From Octopus bimaculoides (taxonomy: Eukaryota), in the NCBI RefSeq assembly GCF_001194135.2, contig NC_068987.1, positions 49,105,533-49,169,532 on the forward strand: a stretch of 64,000 nucleotides of DNA. Reading direction: 5' to 3'. The translations under genes and the position numbers were made by a program. Numbering within the stretch: position 1 is the first letter of the stretch; every line of letters begins with the position of its first letter. This document shows, piece by piece, positions 34,960 to 48,396 of the stretch. The notes under the pieces were generated by a model. The model had not been told where the DNA came from. It saw only the letters and a list, made by a program, of their open reading frames with translations, and searched no databases.

Positions 34960-36795
34960 AGCCATTCAACTGTGTACAGGGTGCGGCCATTAAAGTGAGA
35001 GTCAGTTGTGAGTGCAATGATGAATTTAGTGTGCCAGTAGGAGTTCACCACGGTTTGGCACTCAATCTCCTCTTACTCATCATGTCCCTTGGAAATTACT
35101 ATATGCTGATGACCCTGTTCTTATAACAGAATCAATAGCAGAATTATAAAAGCAATTCCAGGTGTGGAAGCAAAGCCTGGAATCGAAGGACCTTAAAGTT
35201 AACCTAGCAAAGACCAAGGTTGTAGTTAGCAAGAAAACGGAGAAGACTCTTTCCATCAAATAAATGACCCTACTTGATATGTAAGAAAGGTGATGGAAAG
35301 AATTCCATAGTATTTACCCAGTGCAAGCTATGGGCATATGAGAGGTACAATGGAATCACAGAAAGGTTAACAGAGAAAATAGCCTTTGTGTGTAGCATAT
35401 ATTCAGGAACAATAAACACTAAGGGTACACAGGAATTAGATTTTCTCAAATGCCCATGAGGTTCCTTTGATGTATATAATCTCTGTTACTGAGATGACCT
35501 AATTAGAAATGGAGAAGAATGTTCTGAAAGTATAGTTACTAGAATAGGATAGCGAAAGTTCAGAAGGCTCTTACCTCTGTTGGCTACAAAAGGTCTCTCT
35601 CTCTCTCAGAGTCAAAGGCAGATACTATGATACTTGTGTACAAACAGCTATGCTACATGGCAGTGGTACATAGGGTTTGAATGCAGAGAACATATGAAGA
35701 CTAGAGAGAAATGAAGTTAGTATGCCTCAATGGATGTGCAACACTAGTGTGCATGTGTGAGAAAGTGTATGTGTGTTGAGAGAAAAAGTAGACATAAGAG
35801 AACTCAGATGTAGTGTGCAAGAGAGAAGGCTGTGCTGGTATGGCTATGTGATGCATATGAATAACAACTGCTGTATAATGAAGTAACAATTGCTTATGCT
35901 TAAAGTGGATGGAAATTGTAGAAGAGGGAGACTCAGAAAGATGTGGGATGAAGTAGTAAAATATTACCTTCAGGTGTTGAGCCTAACAGAAGAGATGACA
36001 AGGACCAGGATATGAGGTTCTCAAGAAAACCTGTCCACCTCAGTGAAAATGAGTTCTGGAAGTGCTGTGTATTTTGTACTCTCCACCCACATGTTACATT
36101 GATTCACCCCCACATTCCCACCAGTGAAGTAAACTACCTCTCGTCATGGACTATGATTGCCTGTCCCATCCTGCTCTTGCTGCCTACCCCACTTTGCCAT
36201 CTCCTCCTCTTGTCTTCCTTCTATCAATTGTATCAGTACTATCCTGCTACTCTTCTCACAATCTACACTCTTCTGCATCTCTCTATCCTTCCCAATTCAT
36301 TACTCATTGGTCATCATCCCTTCCTAACTTATATAATCTTGTAATTCCTCACCCAACTATTTCTACTCACCTTTTACCTTGAGGGGCCAACTGGACACCT
36401 CATCTCCACTGTCTATCACTTTGCTGCTCTTACTGATCATTCTTTCCCTATCCTACTAGATATAACCATGTAGCTCTCTCACAAGAACCTGCTCCACCAC
36501 CCACCTTCTCTCATACTTTCATCCTTTGTCCTCTAGCACAAGGCCAATCCCACCTCCCTCAGTGTTTGTAGTCTTGCAAGATACATGGCAGCCTCAATGG
36601 TGCTGGTGACATGGAGAAATTCACCCAGTCACACATTAAAAAGTGGTTGGCATTAAGAAGAACATCCAGCTGTAGAAGCTATACCAATGCAGACACTGGA
36701 GCACAATACAGTCCTTGGAAACACTGAATCCTGTCAAACCGTCAAACTCATGTCAACGTGGAACATGGATGTTAAATGATGATGACGATAACGAT
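34960..36795 (+). mobile_element. Degenerate RTE LINE (RT, C-terminus, pyrimidine-rich 3' region, tail)
   Basis: GVHHGL..., LLYADDPVL, then the tail ending (GAT)n. Confidence 0.8.
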
Positions 36796-37079
36796 ATATA
36801 TATATATATATGATGTACTCAATGCTCAATGGTTCACCCCCATTCTTACCAATACCAGTCCACGTTTATTTGTGGTTGTGATCTCACCCTGCCTCCTCCA
36901 CCCTCCCTTCACCCTCTAGCCTTGTACTGCTTGAGTATTTAAATTTTGGTTACTGCATTTTTATGACATTTCTTGTTTATTTGTTCTGTCTGAAGGTGTG
37001 TTTGCTTATACATGTCACCCTTATGACGTGCATCTACAGATTGCATCAATAGTGTGACTGTGTTACAAAATACTGAAAG

Positions 37080-37110
<31 letters not shown>

Positions 37111-37111
<1 letters not shown>

Positions 37112-38169
37112 CGTAAAAACCCATGTAATTTACACACTTTTTTTTCGCAAAAATAAAAATCAACTTTAGGGGGTCTGTAAATTACATGAGTAGATTGTTT
37201 CCAGAATTTTTTTTGAATTTTTTTGTTGAAAAAAGACATACAAAATGTAAAAATTCATACCAAAAGTTGACTCATTTAATGTCAGAATAGGTTTTTACAG
37301 AAAAAAATAATGGCTTAATTATGCATAATGAAGTTGACTTTATTTATGCTGGATAGTATAATGCTTACTTTTTCTGTATAAATTTGCTAAAATCATTAAA
37401 CGGTTAACTAGTCTTTGAAGTCTGATGTTCATGCTGGTAAACACAGTCCAGTCCATATTTTACATTGCTTGGAGTTTCTACCTATCACAATGGAGCACAT
37501 ATTTAATTTCGCCTTCGCAGTAAATGATACATAAGTTCTGCTCATACTGACAATAACGGAAATGACAAATTTTGAAGTTTGCTTGACATTTTATAAGTGT
37601 GAAAGAAATTAAAATTTCAATACTCCATATGAAAGGTTCTGACTAGAATAGGCAGAAAAGAATTCTGTTTACATAATCAGTTTGATTGGTCACCTTCCTC
37701 TGTCAGTTGAGTAAAGTGTCATCCAAGCTGATGTTTATTGGTAATTAAACTTAATTTGCAATACCTGTGCATATTTATCAGCTTTGTTTTTGCTGGTAAT
37801 TCTTATCAGCAATTTTTCCTGTGATCATAATATGAGAAAAGATCAGACATAATCTCTAGTGGGCAAGAAATGTACAATAAAGTTTATGATAAGCAACACA
37901 AACACTTTGTAATTTAATAGCTTTCAATGTGATACCTGTTAAACAGAAATCATTTTTATTTAGTGAAAATTTAATAAAATCTAATTATAAGTAAGTAAAA
38001 TTATGCTAAATACAACTAAATTGAAAACCTTTTCCCCCTGGCCATATCAGCAATTCTGAAAACTTTTAGGTGCGAATTTTACATGAGTAGAAGAATTTTT
38101 TAACAAATTTTATCCTGAAAATCACCTGTGTAAAATACACAGTTGCACAAATTACATGGGTTTTTATGG
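37111..38169 (-). mobile_element. Internally deleted pogo-type element (~1.06 kb)
   Basis: TIRs CCGTAAAAACCCATGTAATT and AATTACATGGGTTTTTATGG; left end in a (TA)n tract; subterminal TTACATGAGTAGA on both sides; minus-strand MSRTYVSFTAKAKL resembles the pogo N-terminus. Confidence 0.75.
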
Positions 38170-38185
38170 TGTATATTTACACACA

Positions 38186-38240
<55 letters not shown>

Positions 38241-39619
38241 GTGAGCACATAAGTGCAAAGCAAAATGGAAAAAATAATACTCAAATGTCAAAGGTAGAGT
38301 AATATGCTTTTTATTAAAGATGCAAGATTATCACAGAACTGTTACTCAGAGTTTTACAGTTCTGTTCATTGGATAGTTGTGATGAAAACTAAAACAATTT
38401 TAATTTAGTTTTCATCACAACTATCCAACGAGCAGGAACATAAAACTCTGAGTAACAATATGTGTGTGTATGTGTACACACACACACACACACACACATA
38501 TTGTTTGCATATGTATATGTATGCTTATGTATGTTATGTGTGTGCCCATATATGTCCGTGTGTTTGTTTTCATCTATGCTCACAAATATGAAAATCCTGA
38601 CGTCCAAGTGGTGTTGTGTTCTTATTGGTTTTCCCTATCAATAAATTTTCTGATCACCCAATATCTTAAAAGCTGTGTAGAATAAATGAACCCTTATTTG
38701 AAAAACAATAAGAATTAGTGCCAGGAAGAGCAACTGGCTGTAAAATAAATACCTCAAAAACATATTCCTGTAACCTATGCTAACACAGGAAACACAGCTG
38801 TAAAACAAACAAGACAAAATGTTGTTTCTGAACTTTAGTTGAACAATATAAGATGGTGTTACACTAATAATATCTCTCCACCACCATCATCCATGCTAAG
38901 AAACACTTACTTAAAAATAGTTATGTAGATATGTGTGTGGGTTGTTGTATGATTCTTTTTATTCTTTTACTGGTTCCAGCCAGTTAAATCCAGTTTGTTC
39001 TTTGATGTTTTACTTATTTATGTTCAGTCAGAGACAATTCAGAAGAAAATCTCTTGACAGCTTGGAAAGTCAGCAACTGTGGGATTGTTTCAGAAGCATA
39101 GAGCTAGGTATGGATTTTGATAAGCTTAGCAATGTGTTGAACAGCTCTGACTTCAAAGTTGACTTCTGCGAATATAGAGTAAGCTGTTGTGAAGGTTTGT
39201 CTGGGGTAGTTTCTAGTACCTGTGTACCTATATATTTAGGGAAATAGTCTCTATACAGTCTCATGTTTGTGTGTGTGTGTGTGTGTTTGTGTGTGTGTAT
39301 GTGCGTGTACCTACATATGTATGTCTTTTCTTCTTTTTATTTATTAATATTCTTTCTGGAAGGAAGAAGTTGGTTTTTAACAATGAAATAAATGCTGCAT
39401 CATAGGAGTTTGGATAAATGAAACTTTAAGAAAGTCTTTCATATTTTTACTGTTCCACTTACTGATTGTATCTGTAAAATTCATTTTAGCTGGTCTCTCT
39501 CTTCACTTGAAACTCTTTGCTCCTCTAGAATGTTGCTTAGACGTTTACTAACATAACTCAGTCCAGCAATGGTTACTAGTATGTATGTATGCATGTATGT
39601 TCATATGCATGAATCTATG

Positions 39620-39673
<54 letters not shown>

Positions 39674-39757
39674 ACATATATGAATATAAGCATGCATCAT
39701 TTATGCTTACAACTGTCTATCTATTTATCTATCTCTGCACGCTCGCACGCACACATA

Positions 39758-39796
<39 letters not shown>

Positions 39797-40073
39797 ACAC
39801 ACATTCAAGTGAATCAAGTCTTTAAATAGTAAAACACTAAAGTTGGAGTCAGTGAAATTGCTATTGTATACAAACAATATTTGAAGAACTAATACGTACT
39901 CACTCAAGTGAATACAGATCTATACTCCAGTTGTATGTACAACCACAAATGGCTGACTAAATATGCAACAAGTCTCAAGGTTGCACAGAGGTACAAACAC
40001 TGCACCAATTGTACTGCATGCAATATACTTCAGATCCATGTGAATTGCAGGTACCAAGTAAGGTGAAAGATAA

Positions 40074-40427
40074 ACAAATAGCAACAAATAGATTGTGGTT
40101 CACAACAGCTTTTTTCAGACTTGTTTTTTTTATTGCTGAATAGAACTATTACATCGTGTGATAAAACCATTTTTATCAGGTGAATACATGTAAGAATTAA
40201 GCATTTTGAACATCGCAATTCCAAAGCAAAAGTTCTATTTTTGACTCTGCCGAACAAAAATCATGGTCGATATTGCTTTGGAGTTGAGATGTTCAAAATA
40301 TTTAATTCTTACATGTCTACAATTGATGAAAACGTTTTTTTCACACGATGCAATACTTCTATTCATCAATAAAAAAAACATGTTTGAAACAGCAGTAGTG
40401 AACCACAATCCATCTGTTGTTATTTGT
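40074..40427. mobile_element. Fold-back element with ~165-bp inverted arms
   Basis: Arms are reverse complements; ORFs 40030-40257(-) and 40263-40469(+) give the same peptide (ALELRCSKxLILTC). Confidence 0.85.
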
Positions 40428-40489
40428 GTGTGTGTGTGTGTGTGTGTGTATACGCACACAAATATGTAAGTATAAATGATGTGTTATTT

Positions 40490-40765
40490 CTTTACTAGCC
40501 ACAAGGGGATACACACAGAGGGGACAAACAAAGACAAATGGATTAAGTCAATTATATCGACCCTAGTGCGTAACAAAGACAGACAAACGGATTAAGTCGA
40601 TTATATCGACCTCAGTGCATAACTGGTACTTATTTAATCGACCCCAAAAGGATGAAAGACAAAGTAGACCTCGGCGGAATTTGAACTCAGAAAGTAGCAG
40701 CAGATGAAATACCGCTAAGCATTTCACCTGGCGTGCTAACGTTTCTGCCAGCTCACTGCCTTATC
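40490..40765 (-). mobile_element. SINE family B
   Basis: GACCTCGGCGGAATTTGAACTCAG...GCTAACGTTTCTGCCAGCTC; tRNA-like head with GTTCAAATTCC B-box on the minus strand. Confidence 0.85.
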
Positions 40766-40863
40766 TTATGATGTGTATTTAATATATAGTGGTAGTGGTG
40801 GTGGTGGCAGCGGCAGTGGCAACAGCAGCAGCAGCAGCAGTAGCAGCAGTAGTAGTAGTAGTT

Positions 40864-40899
<36 letters not shown>

Positions 40900-41014
40900 T
40901 TGATGCAGGCTTCAAACTATTACAGAAGCAATAGAATAAAGGCACATAAATGTGTATTGTGTACAAGAGTACTGAGTGCTGCATATGAGGAAACACATAT
41001 ACATCATCAGCATC

Positions 41015-41200
41015 AGCATCATCATTATGTAATGTTCATGTTCCGTGTTGGCACAGGCTGGACAATTTGACAAGATTTGATGAGTCTATGCTTTGACATG
41101 GTTTCTATGGCCAGATGCCCTTTCTAACCCCAATCACTTTACAGCATGTGCCACTTGCACTATTGAGGTCACCATGCATCTCATAGGTATATGAACCTGG
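41015..41200 (-). mobile_element. Degraded RTE 3' tail
   Basis: (CAT)n followed by a degenerate tail consensus. Confidence 0.6.
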
Positions 41201-41851
41201 GAGGAGGTGGCAGTTTCAAATTCATATTAGGTTTGAAGGGGGTTAAACTGTGAGGGGTGTAGCCAGCATAGCTTCTTATAGAGGATCTGCATGGCTCTTC
41301 ATATTTAGTCCGAGGAGAGAAAGAGAAAATAGAATGATCAGTCATAGTGTAGATCCTGATAGAGTAGTAAATCAGTGTATTTTCAATGCAGCAATGAACT
41401 CCTGGCCATCTACACTCTCAAATTGGGACCTTGAGAAAAATTGAAAGTCCACTAGAAATGAAACTCCTGCTACATCACTGGCAAAAGCTGTAAGTCTTAC
41501 AAAAACTAATATGTAATACAAGAGGACAAAGAATGAATGTAGCACAATTTTATTATTAGTTACAATTGTTTTGGTACCCCTCCATTTCTAAGACTATTGC
41601 ACATAAACAATTCCATGTGCATATATATTTACTCTCACATACACACAAACACATACACATGTGCACGCACACACTCACACATATACACACACACTCACAC
41701 ATGTATATGTTTAATGTTAAAGTTGGAAAAATGTGTATTCAATACCATAGTAGGAATTGATAATGCATTTTCTTTTGATCAAGATAATGTCTTGCTACTC
41801 TGAGTTTCCTCTGCAAGTGCAGAGTCTTAACCAAAATAAAATATATAAACT

Positions 41852-41946
41852 GCATGGCACCTTGGGCAAATGTTTTCCACTATAGCCTCAAGCTGACTAA
41901 AGCCTTGTGTGTGGAGTTGGTGGATGGAAACTGAAAGAAGCCCATC

Positions 41947-41980
<34 letters not shown>

Positions 41981-42190
41981 CACTTTGTATCTCTGTTTGT
42001 CCCCCACCACCACTTTACAACCAGTGTTGGTTTGTTATATCTCCCTAACTTCAGCAAAAGCGACTGATAGAATAAATACCAGGCTTTAAAAAAATGAGTA
42101 CTAGGGTTGAGTTGTTCAACTAAAAATTCTTCGGGGTGGTGCCCCAGCATGGCTGCAGTCTAATGACTGAAACAAGTAAAAGAATAAAGG
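41852..42190 (+). mobile_element. SINE family A (5' truncated)
   Basis: Matches both halves with an internal (TG)n. Confidence 0.8.
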
Positions 42191-42758
42191 AAGAATATAC
42201 GTGTATGTAGTATGTATGTATGTATGTATGTATGTATGTATGTATGTATGCATGCATACTTCACAATATACATGCATGCATGTATATTGTGTATTACCAA
42301 GATGACTAAGCAATCTGAGATGCCAGAATATGTTGGCATGAAATGGAAGGATCAGCAATAATGCAATTTCCCAAGAGCATCTCCTCATCTTTAAAGATCA
42401 ATATTTTTAAGATTGTCACCAATGCGTAAATTTTTGGTTTATTAAAAATTTTAATAAATTTTATTTTTTAATAGAGAATGTAAAAGCTAACTTTTAGGTT
42501 TTCATCATCTTTATCTCTCTTTCTGGGTACTACCCACCACCATTATATAATGCAGAGTACAATGTATTTCCTATATAGCAGGACAAGTGTGCCTGTACCC
42601 CTATGATACTTATGCCTTTTATCACCTGGAATGAAATTACCTCCCTCTCTACAACTCTACTCAATCAAGAGAGGTTTGTCTTCATCTTGCAAGTTACCTG
42701 GTGACCACACCTAATGCCATTGTCACAAAAAAATACACCCAATGCATGCTGTTGTAGT

Positions 42759-43132
42759 GGCACGAAATTATGGCCACCATTGAGGAAGTACAATCTACGC
42801 ATGCACGAGGCACTTGCCTTCCCGGAAGCCCCTTGAGTGCGCATGCATAGTAAAACCAGTACTTAAAGCACTACTTTCGTTTTCTAAGCCTCTTCAGCAT
42901 GACACCTATGACGTGACAGCTACTTACTCCTCTGGCATGCATCAACGAAGCTCTTAACCTTCCAATGCCGATGACAAATCAACCAGCGGCTGCTAAGCTG
43001 AATGGCACAGGATTTGTAAAACCAAGCATCACCAAAAATAAAACTTATTTTATTATGTTGCTAATTGTTCTACTGTTTCTTGATATATAATTTTGTTGAA
43101 AGGTGATAGAGTATTGCAACTATCAACCTTTT
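42759..43132. mobile_element. Unclassified CpG-containing ~370-bp insertion splitting an RTE tail
   Basis: RTE tail consensus is interrupted near (ACACTC)TGTAAAGTGG and resumes with ACACTGTAAAGGGG, suggesting a degenerate ~15-bp duplication. Confidence 0.45.
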
Positions 43133-43734
43133 ACACTGTAAAGGGGTTGGCAACAGAAATCATGCCAAAGAATACTTTGGAGTTCAGTGCAGTTCTCTAA
43201 TTTGTTGGATCCTGTCAAACCATCTTCCATGCCAGCATGGGAGATGGTTATTATATGATGATGATGACAATGATGATGATGGTGGTGGTAGTGGTGGTGG
43301 TGGTGGTGGTGGAGGTGGTGAATATAAAAATATCAAAAGATATATTTCAATTTATGCCAGAAATGTTCATTTTGAATTAAGTTAGCTACTTTCTTTAAGG
43401 CAAGTTTTAAGTGAGAAATTTTCTGTTCTAAGACACTAATATGAATCCCTGCAGTATATTCTCATGACGTATAAAATAATCACTTTGAAAGTTTTACACT
43501 TCTTCGACTGAAAAACCATCAACATTGCTTGAAAACATCACAGAGTAAACAGCTGAACAGCAACTATTAACTTGTGAAAAAGAAAAAGATATGGAAACCA
43601 AAAATCCATCCTATTTATAGTTTTCCATCAGCAACTTGTTTTCTACTACAAGAAGAAATTCCAAAGTAATGTAATATAGTTCTTTTGGTGCTATAAATAC
43701 TGAACAAAATAAAGCATAAAGAAATAAGAATACA

Positions 43735-43900
<166 letters not shown>

Positions 43901-44326
43901 TATCAAAAAGTTAAAAACAAATTCTTCTCTGCATAGTAGAGTATCTTCCTTTCCTACAGTTTGTAAAGCAGCAATAATACTAATAATGATAATAATAATA
44001 ATAAAAAGAAAGTATTCTCTGCATATAGCATTTCTTTACTTCAACAGTTTGTAAAGTACATGTGCGCAGGATGATTTTTCACTCATGTTTTGACGGCTTT
44101 TGCATTAACATACGTATATATCATTGTCATATTCTTGCCTGTCGTAGAAAAACTGAATTTTGGTAATGAGAATTTTTTTTAGTCTGGATGACAAATTAAT
44201 GGTAAACAGGAAGGAATGATATATGCGTATCTATATCTATGTACATACATACATACATACATACATATACATATACATGAAACAAGGACATTAAATAATG
44301 ATGGTGATGATAGTGATATATATATA

Positions 44327-44383
<57 letters not shown>

Positions 44384-44654
44384 ATATATATATGCCTGCG
44401 TGTGTAACAGAAGTTGACAATTTAAAATTATTATTATTTTGTTGGAGTGACATCTTGCTCGCCACACACATACTATTTTGTTGATTTTCATTTCATGTAC
44501 ATATAGAATTTCAATCATGCATGGTTACACACATAATGTATGTAGATATCTAAATGATGATAAGCTATTTACATAGTTTATATAAACATAGGTGAATTAA
44601 ATTAAGACAAACATGAAATGTCTCACTGGTGTGATGTACTATAGAACATATCAT

Positions 44655-46565
44655 GATCATCATCATCGTTTAACATGTTTTCCATGCTGGCATGGATTGG
44701 AAAGTTTGACTGAGGTCTGGAGAGCCAGTGGCTGTACCAGGCTCCAGTCTGATCTGGCAATGCTTCTACTGCTGGATGTCCTCCCTAACGCCAACCACTC
44801 CGAGAGTGTAGTGGGTGCTTTTTACATGCCACCTGCACGGGGGCCAGCCAGGGGGTACTAGAATTGGCCACGTTTGGATGATGCTTTTTACATGCCACTG
44901 GCATGGGAGCTGGTCTGGAGGTACTGGCATCTGCCACATTCAGTTGGAGCTTTTTATGTGCCACCGGCACAGGAGCCAGTCCGGCGGACCTGGCATTGAC
45001 CACATTTGGATGGTGCTTTTTATGTGTCACTGGCATGGGAGCCGGTCAGGGAGAACTGGCCACAGCTATGATATTGGTTTTACTTGACTCAACAGGTCTT
45101 CTCAAGCATATTATATTGCCCAATGCATCAAGGGTATTCTTAACAGGACCAGACATGCATGGCTGTGATCTCACTTTAGTTGCCGGGTCTTCTCAATCAC
45201 AGTATATTTCCAAAGGTCTCGGTCTCCTGTCATTGTCTCTGTAAGGCCCAATGTTCGAAGGTTGTGCTTCACCACCTCATCTCAGGTCTTCCTTAGTCTA
45301 CCTCTTCCACAGGTTCCTTCTACAGTTTGGGAGTGGCACTTCCTCATACAGCTTTCTTCATTCATAATTAACATATGACCATACCAGTGCAGTCACCTCT
45401 CTTGCATATCACATTTGATGCTTCGTATGCCCAACTTTTCTCTCAGGACACTTACACTCTGTTGTGTTATGCACACTGACATTACACATCCAGCAGATCA
45501 TGCTAGCTTCATTTCTTTCAAGCCTATGTATGTCCTCAGCATTCATGGCCCATGTTTCACTGCCATGTAGCATGGCAGTTCACACACATGCATCATACAG
45601 TCTACCTTTCACCCTGAGTGAGAGGCTCTTAGTTGTCAGCAGAGGTAGGAGCTCCCTGAACTTTGCCCAGGCTATTCTTATTCTAGCCACTACACTCTCA
45701 GAGCAACCGCCCCACTACAGATTTGGTTGCCTAGGTAGCAGAAGCTATTAACTTCTAGTTTCTCCTCTTTGCATGTGATGGAATCTCTTTTCTGTACATC
45801 TTCAGTGTTTATTGCCCCAGTGCATCTGCCACATACAAAATCTATTTTCCCGGTTAACCTTCCTTTGATATCGCTGCACCTTTTATATGTCTATAGCTTA
45901 CACCGGGTACATCGTATGGAGTTTCTACCCACACTTTCTATACAGATTGAGCAGGGCCATCTACCTGAAGGGGTTTGTGATTTGACAGCCTTCCTACTTA
46001 CTAAGACTTTAGTTTTTGCTAGGTTAACCCTAAGGTCATTCAATTCTAGACCTTGCTCCACACACTAAACTTTGTCTCCAGTTCTGGCAGTGACTCGGCT
46101 ATTAGTGCAAGGTCATCAGCATAGAGGAGCTCCCAGGGGCAGCCTGTCTTGAATTCCTCTGTAATTGCCTGGAGAACTATAATGAATAAGAAGGGGATGA
46201 GGACTGATCCTTGGTGAACCCCTACTTCTACTCGGAATTCTTCACTATACTTGTTACCAACCTCACCTTACTGACAGCATCCCTGTACAGGGCTTGTACA
46301 GCTCTTACCAGCCACTTATATATCCCCAGTCTCTGCATTGACCACCAGATGAGGGATCGGGGGACCCTGTCAAAGGCTTTCTCCAAGTCAACAAAAGCCA
46401 AGTACAGAAATTTATCTTTGGCTAGGTATTTCTCCTACGGTTGCCTTACCGGAAATATAACATCAGTGATGCTTCTGCCTGGCACAAAACCAAACTGCAC
46501 CTCATCTAGGCTAACTCTCTCCCTAATTAGTTGGGCTATGACTCTTTCTGTAACTTTCATCACCT
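44655..46565 (-). mobile_element. Longest RTE LINE fragment in the window (RT to 3' tail, 4 copies of the 66-bp unit)
   Basis: Antisense of FVDLEKAFDRV, GVHQGSVL, PWELLYADDL and LHGSETW; stops present. Confidence 0.92.
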
Positions 46566-47155
46566 GATATATATNNNNNNNNNNNNNNNNNNNNNNNNNN
46601 NNNNNNNNNNNNNNNNNNNNNNNNNNNNNNNNNNNNNNNNNNNNNNNNNNNNNNNNNNNNNNNNNNNNNNNNNNNNNNNNNNNNNNNNNNNNNNNNNNNN
46701 NNNNNNNNNNNNNNNNNNNNNNNNNNNNNNNNNNNNNNNNNNNNNNNNNNNNNNNNNNNNNNNNNNNNNNNNNNNNNNNNNNNNNNNNNNNNNNNNNNNN
46801 NNNNNNNNNNNNNNNNNNNNNNNNNNNNNNNNNNNNNNNNNNNNNNNNNNNNNNNNNNNNNNNNNNNNNNNNNNNNNNNNNNNNNNNNNNNNNNNNNNNN
46901 NNNNNNNNNNNNNNNNNNNNNNNNNNNNNNNNNNNNNNNNNNNNNNNNNNNNNNNNNNNNNNNNNNNNNNNNNNNNNNNNNNNNNNNNNNNNNNNNNNNN
47001 NNNNNNNNNNNNNNNNNNNNNNNNNNNNNNNNNNNNNNNNNNNNNNNNNNNNNNNNNNNNNNNNNNNNNNNNNNNNNNNNNNNNNNNNNNNNNNNNNNNN
47101 NNNNNNNNNNNNNNNNNNNNNNNNNNNNNNNNNNNNNNNNNNNNNNNNNNNNNNN

Positions 47156-47285
47156 TAAACAACAAATAGATGTATTAGTATAACGTTTGGGAATGGAGAA
47201 AGTCTTTAACGTTTCGAGCCTACGCTCTTCAACAGAAAGGAACACAGAAAGAAACAAGGAGAGCAACAAGGAGAGAAAAAAAAAA
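47156..47285 (-). mobile_element. Penelope-like LTR-type repeat with a variant hammerhead motif (47204-47239)
   Basis: Minus strand CTTT-CTGTTGA-A-GAGC gtag GCTC-GAAA-CG-TT-AAAG. Confidence 0.55.
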
Positions 47286-47289
47286 TGAT

Positions 47290-47435
47290 GGGCTTCTTTC
47301 AGTTTGTCTACCAAATCCACTCATAAGGCTTTGATTGGCCTGAGGCTATAGTAGAAGACACTTGCCCAAGGTGCCACACATTGGGACTGAACTTGGGACC
47401 ATGTGGTTGAAAAGCAAACTTCTTACCACACAACC
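47290..47435 (-). mobile_element. SINE family A left half
   Basis: Reverse complement of the family A head. Confidence 0.8.
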
Positions 47436-47699
47436 ATCTTCTTTTTTTTTGTTGTTTTGTTTTTGGTAGAAGGATCAAACATTAGATTACCAACATATTG
47501 ACAAAATTTTGCTTCATTGCTATACAGCACTAAAGAACATATTTATAGATTTGGCTTCCCACTCTGTGTATCACAATGAATGTAAATAATACAGTTATAC
47601 AGTATGCTTGTAGACAGAAGAAGTGAGAACAACTGTATGTACATATCAGTTTTTGTTGAAGACATTGTCAGCAACTGTGTGTCTCACTTAATTGTAATA

Positions 47700-47900
47700 A
47701 TAGGCACAAAGTCTGAAATTTGGGGGAAGAGGTAGTCAATCACATCAATTCCAATGCTCAACTGGTACTTATTTCATTCACCCTGAAAGAATGAAAGGTA
47801 AGTCACCCTTGGTAGAATTTGAACTCAGAACATAAAGACATATGAAATGTCACTAAGAATTTCATCCAGGTTGCTAATGATTCTGCCAGCATGCTGCCTT
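47700..47900 (-). mobile_element. SINE family B (degraded)
   Basis: GGCACAAAGTCTGAAATTTGGGGG...GAATTTGAACTCAGAAC. Confidence 0.7.
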
Positions 47901-48396
47901 GATTATAATAACAGTGACCTTATTGTATACAGTGCTCAAGTGCACTACAATACATTGGAAAAGGTTAAAAGAGGGAACAAAGAGCAGACATAAAAGTCAA
48001 GTAAAGAAAGGCAGTAATGAAATTTAGAAGTACATGCACAGTACACTGAGTAAAACACAAAAATAAGAGAAAATTGAGCATTAAATGAGTTGTAAGGAAT
48101 AAGGGTGCATAGATATATCACGAGTGTTGGTGAATTTTGGGAAGCATGGAATTTTTGAGGGGTCCTGTGTCTTGATAGTTAACAATGGACTTGGGTTATT
48201 TATTTTATGCTATAACAATTCTGAGTGTGAAAAAATACAAACACATTGCTTATAACTTATATTGATTTTTTTCTTTCCAATGAACAATATCAATTGTTTG
48301 GGTAATTAGCTGAATTTTTGGAGAATTAAAAGTTATGAGATTAGTATGTTTAACAAAGGCATAAATCATTTTGTTACAATATTTCTTTTGAAATAA

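Noticed and set aside
38933-39264. Overlapping ORFs on both strands with protein-like composition
   Set aside because: No recognisable domain or clear splice boundaries; the LYASET motif in another frame suggests an old LINE fragment.
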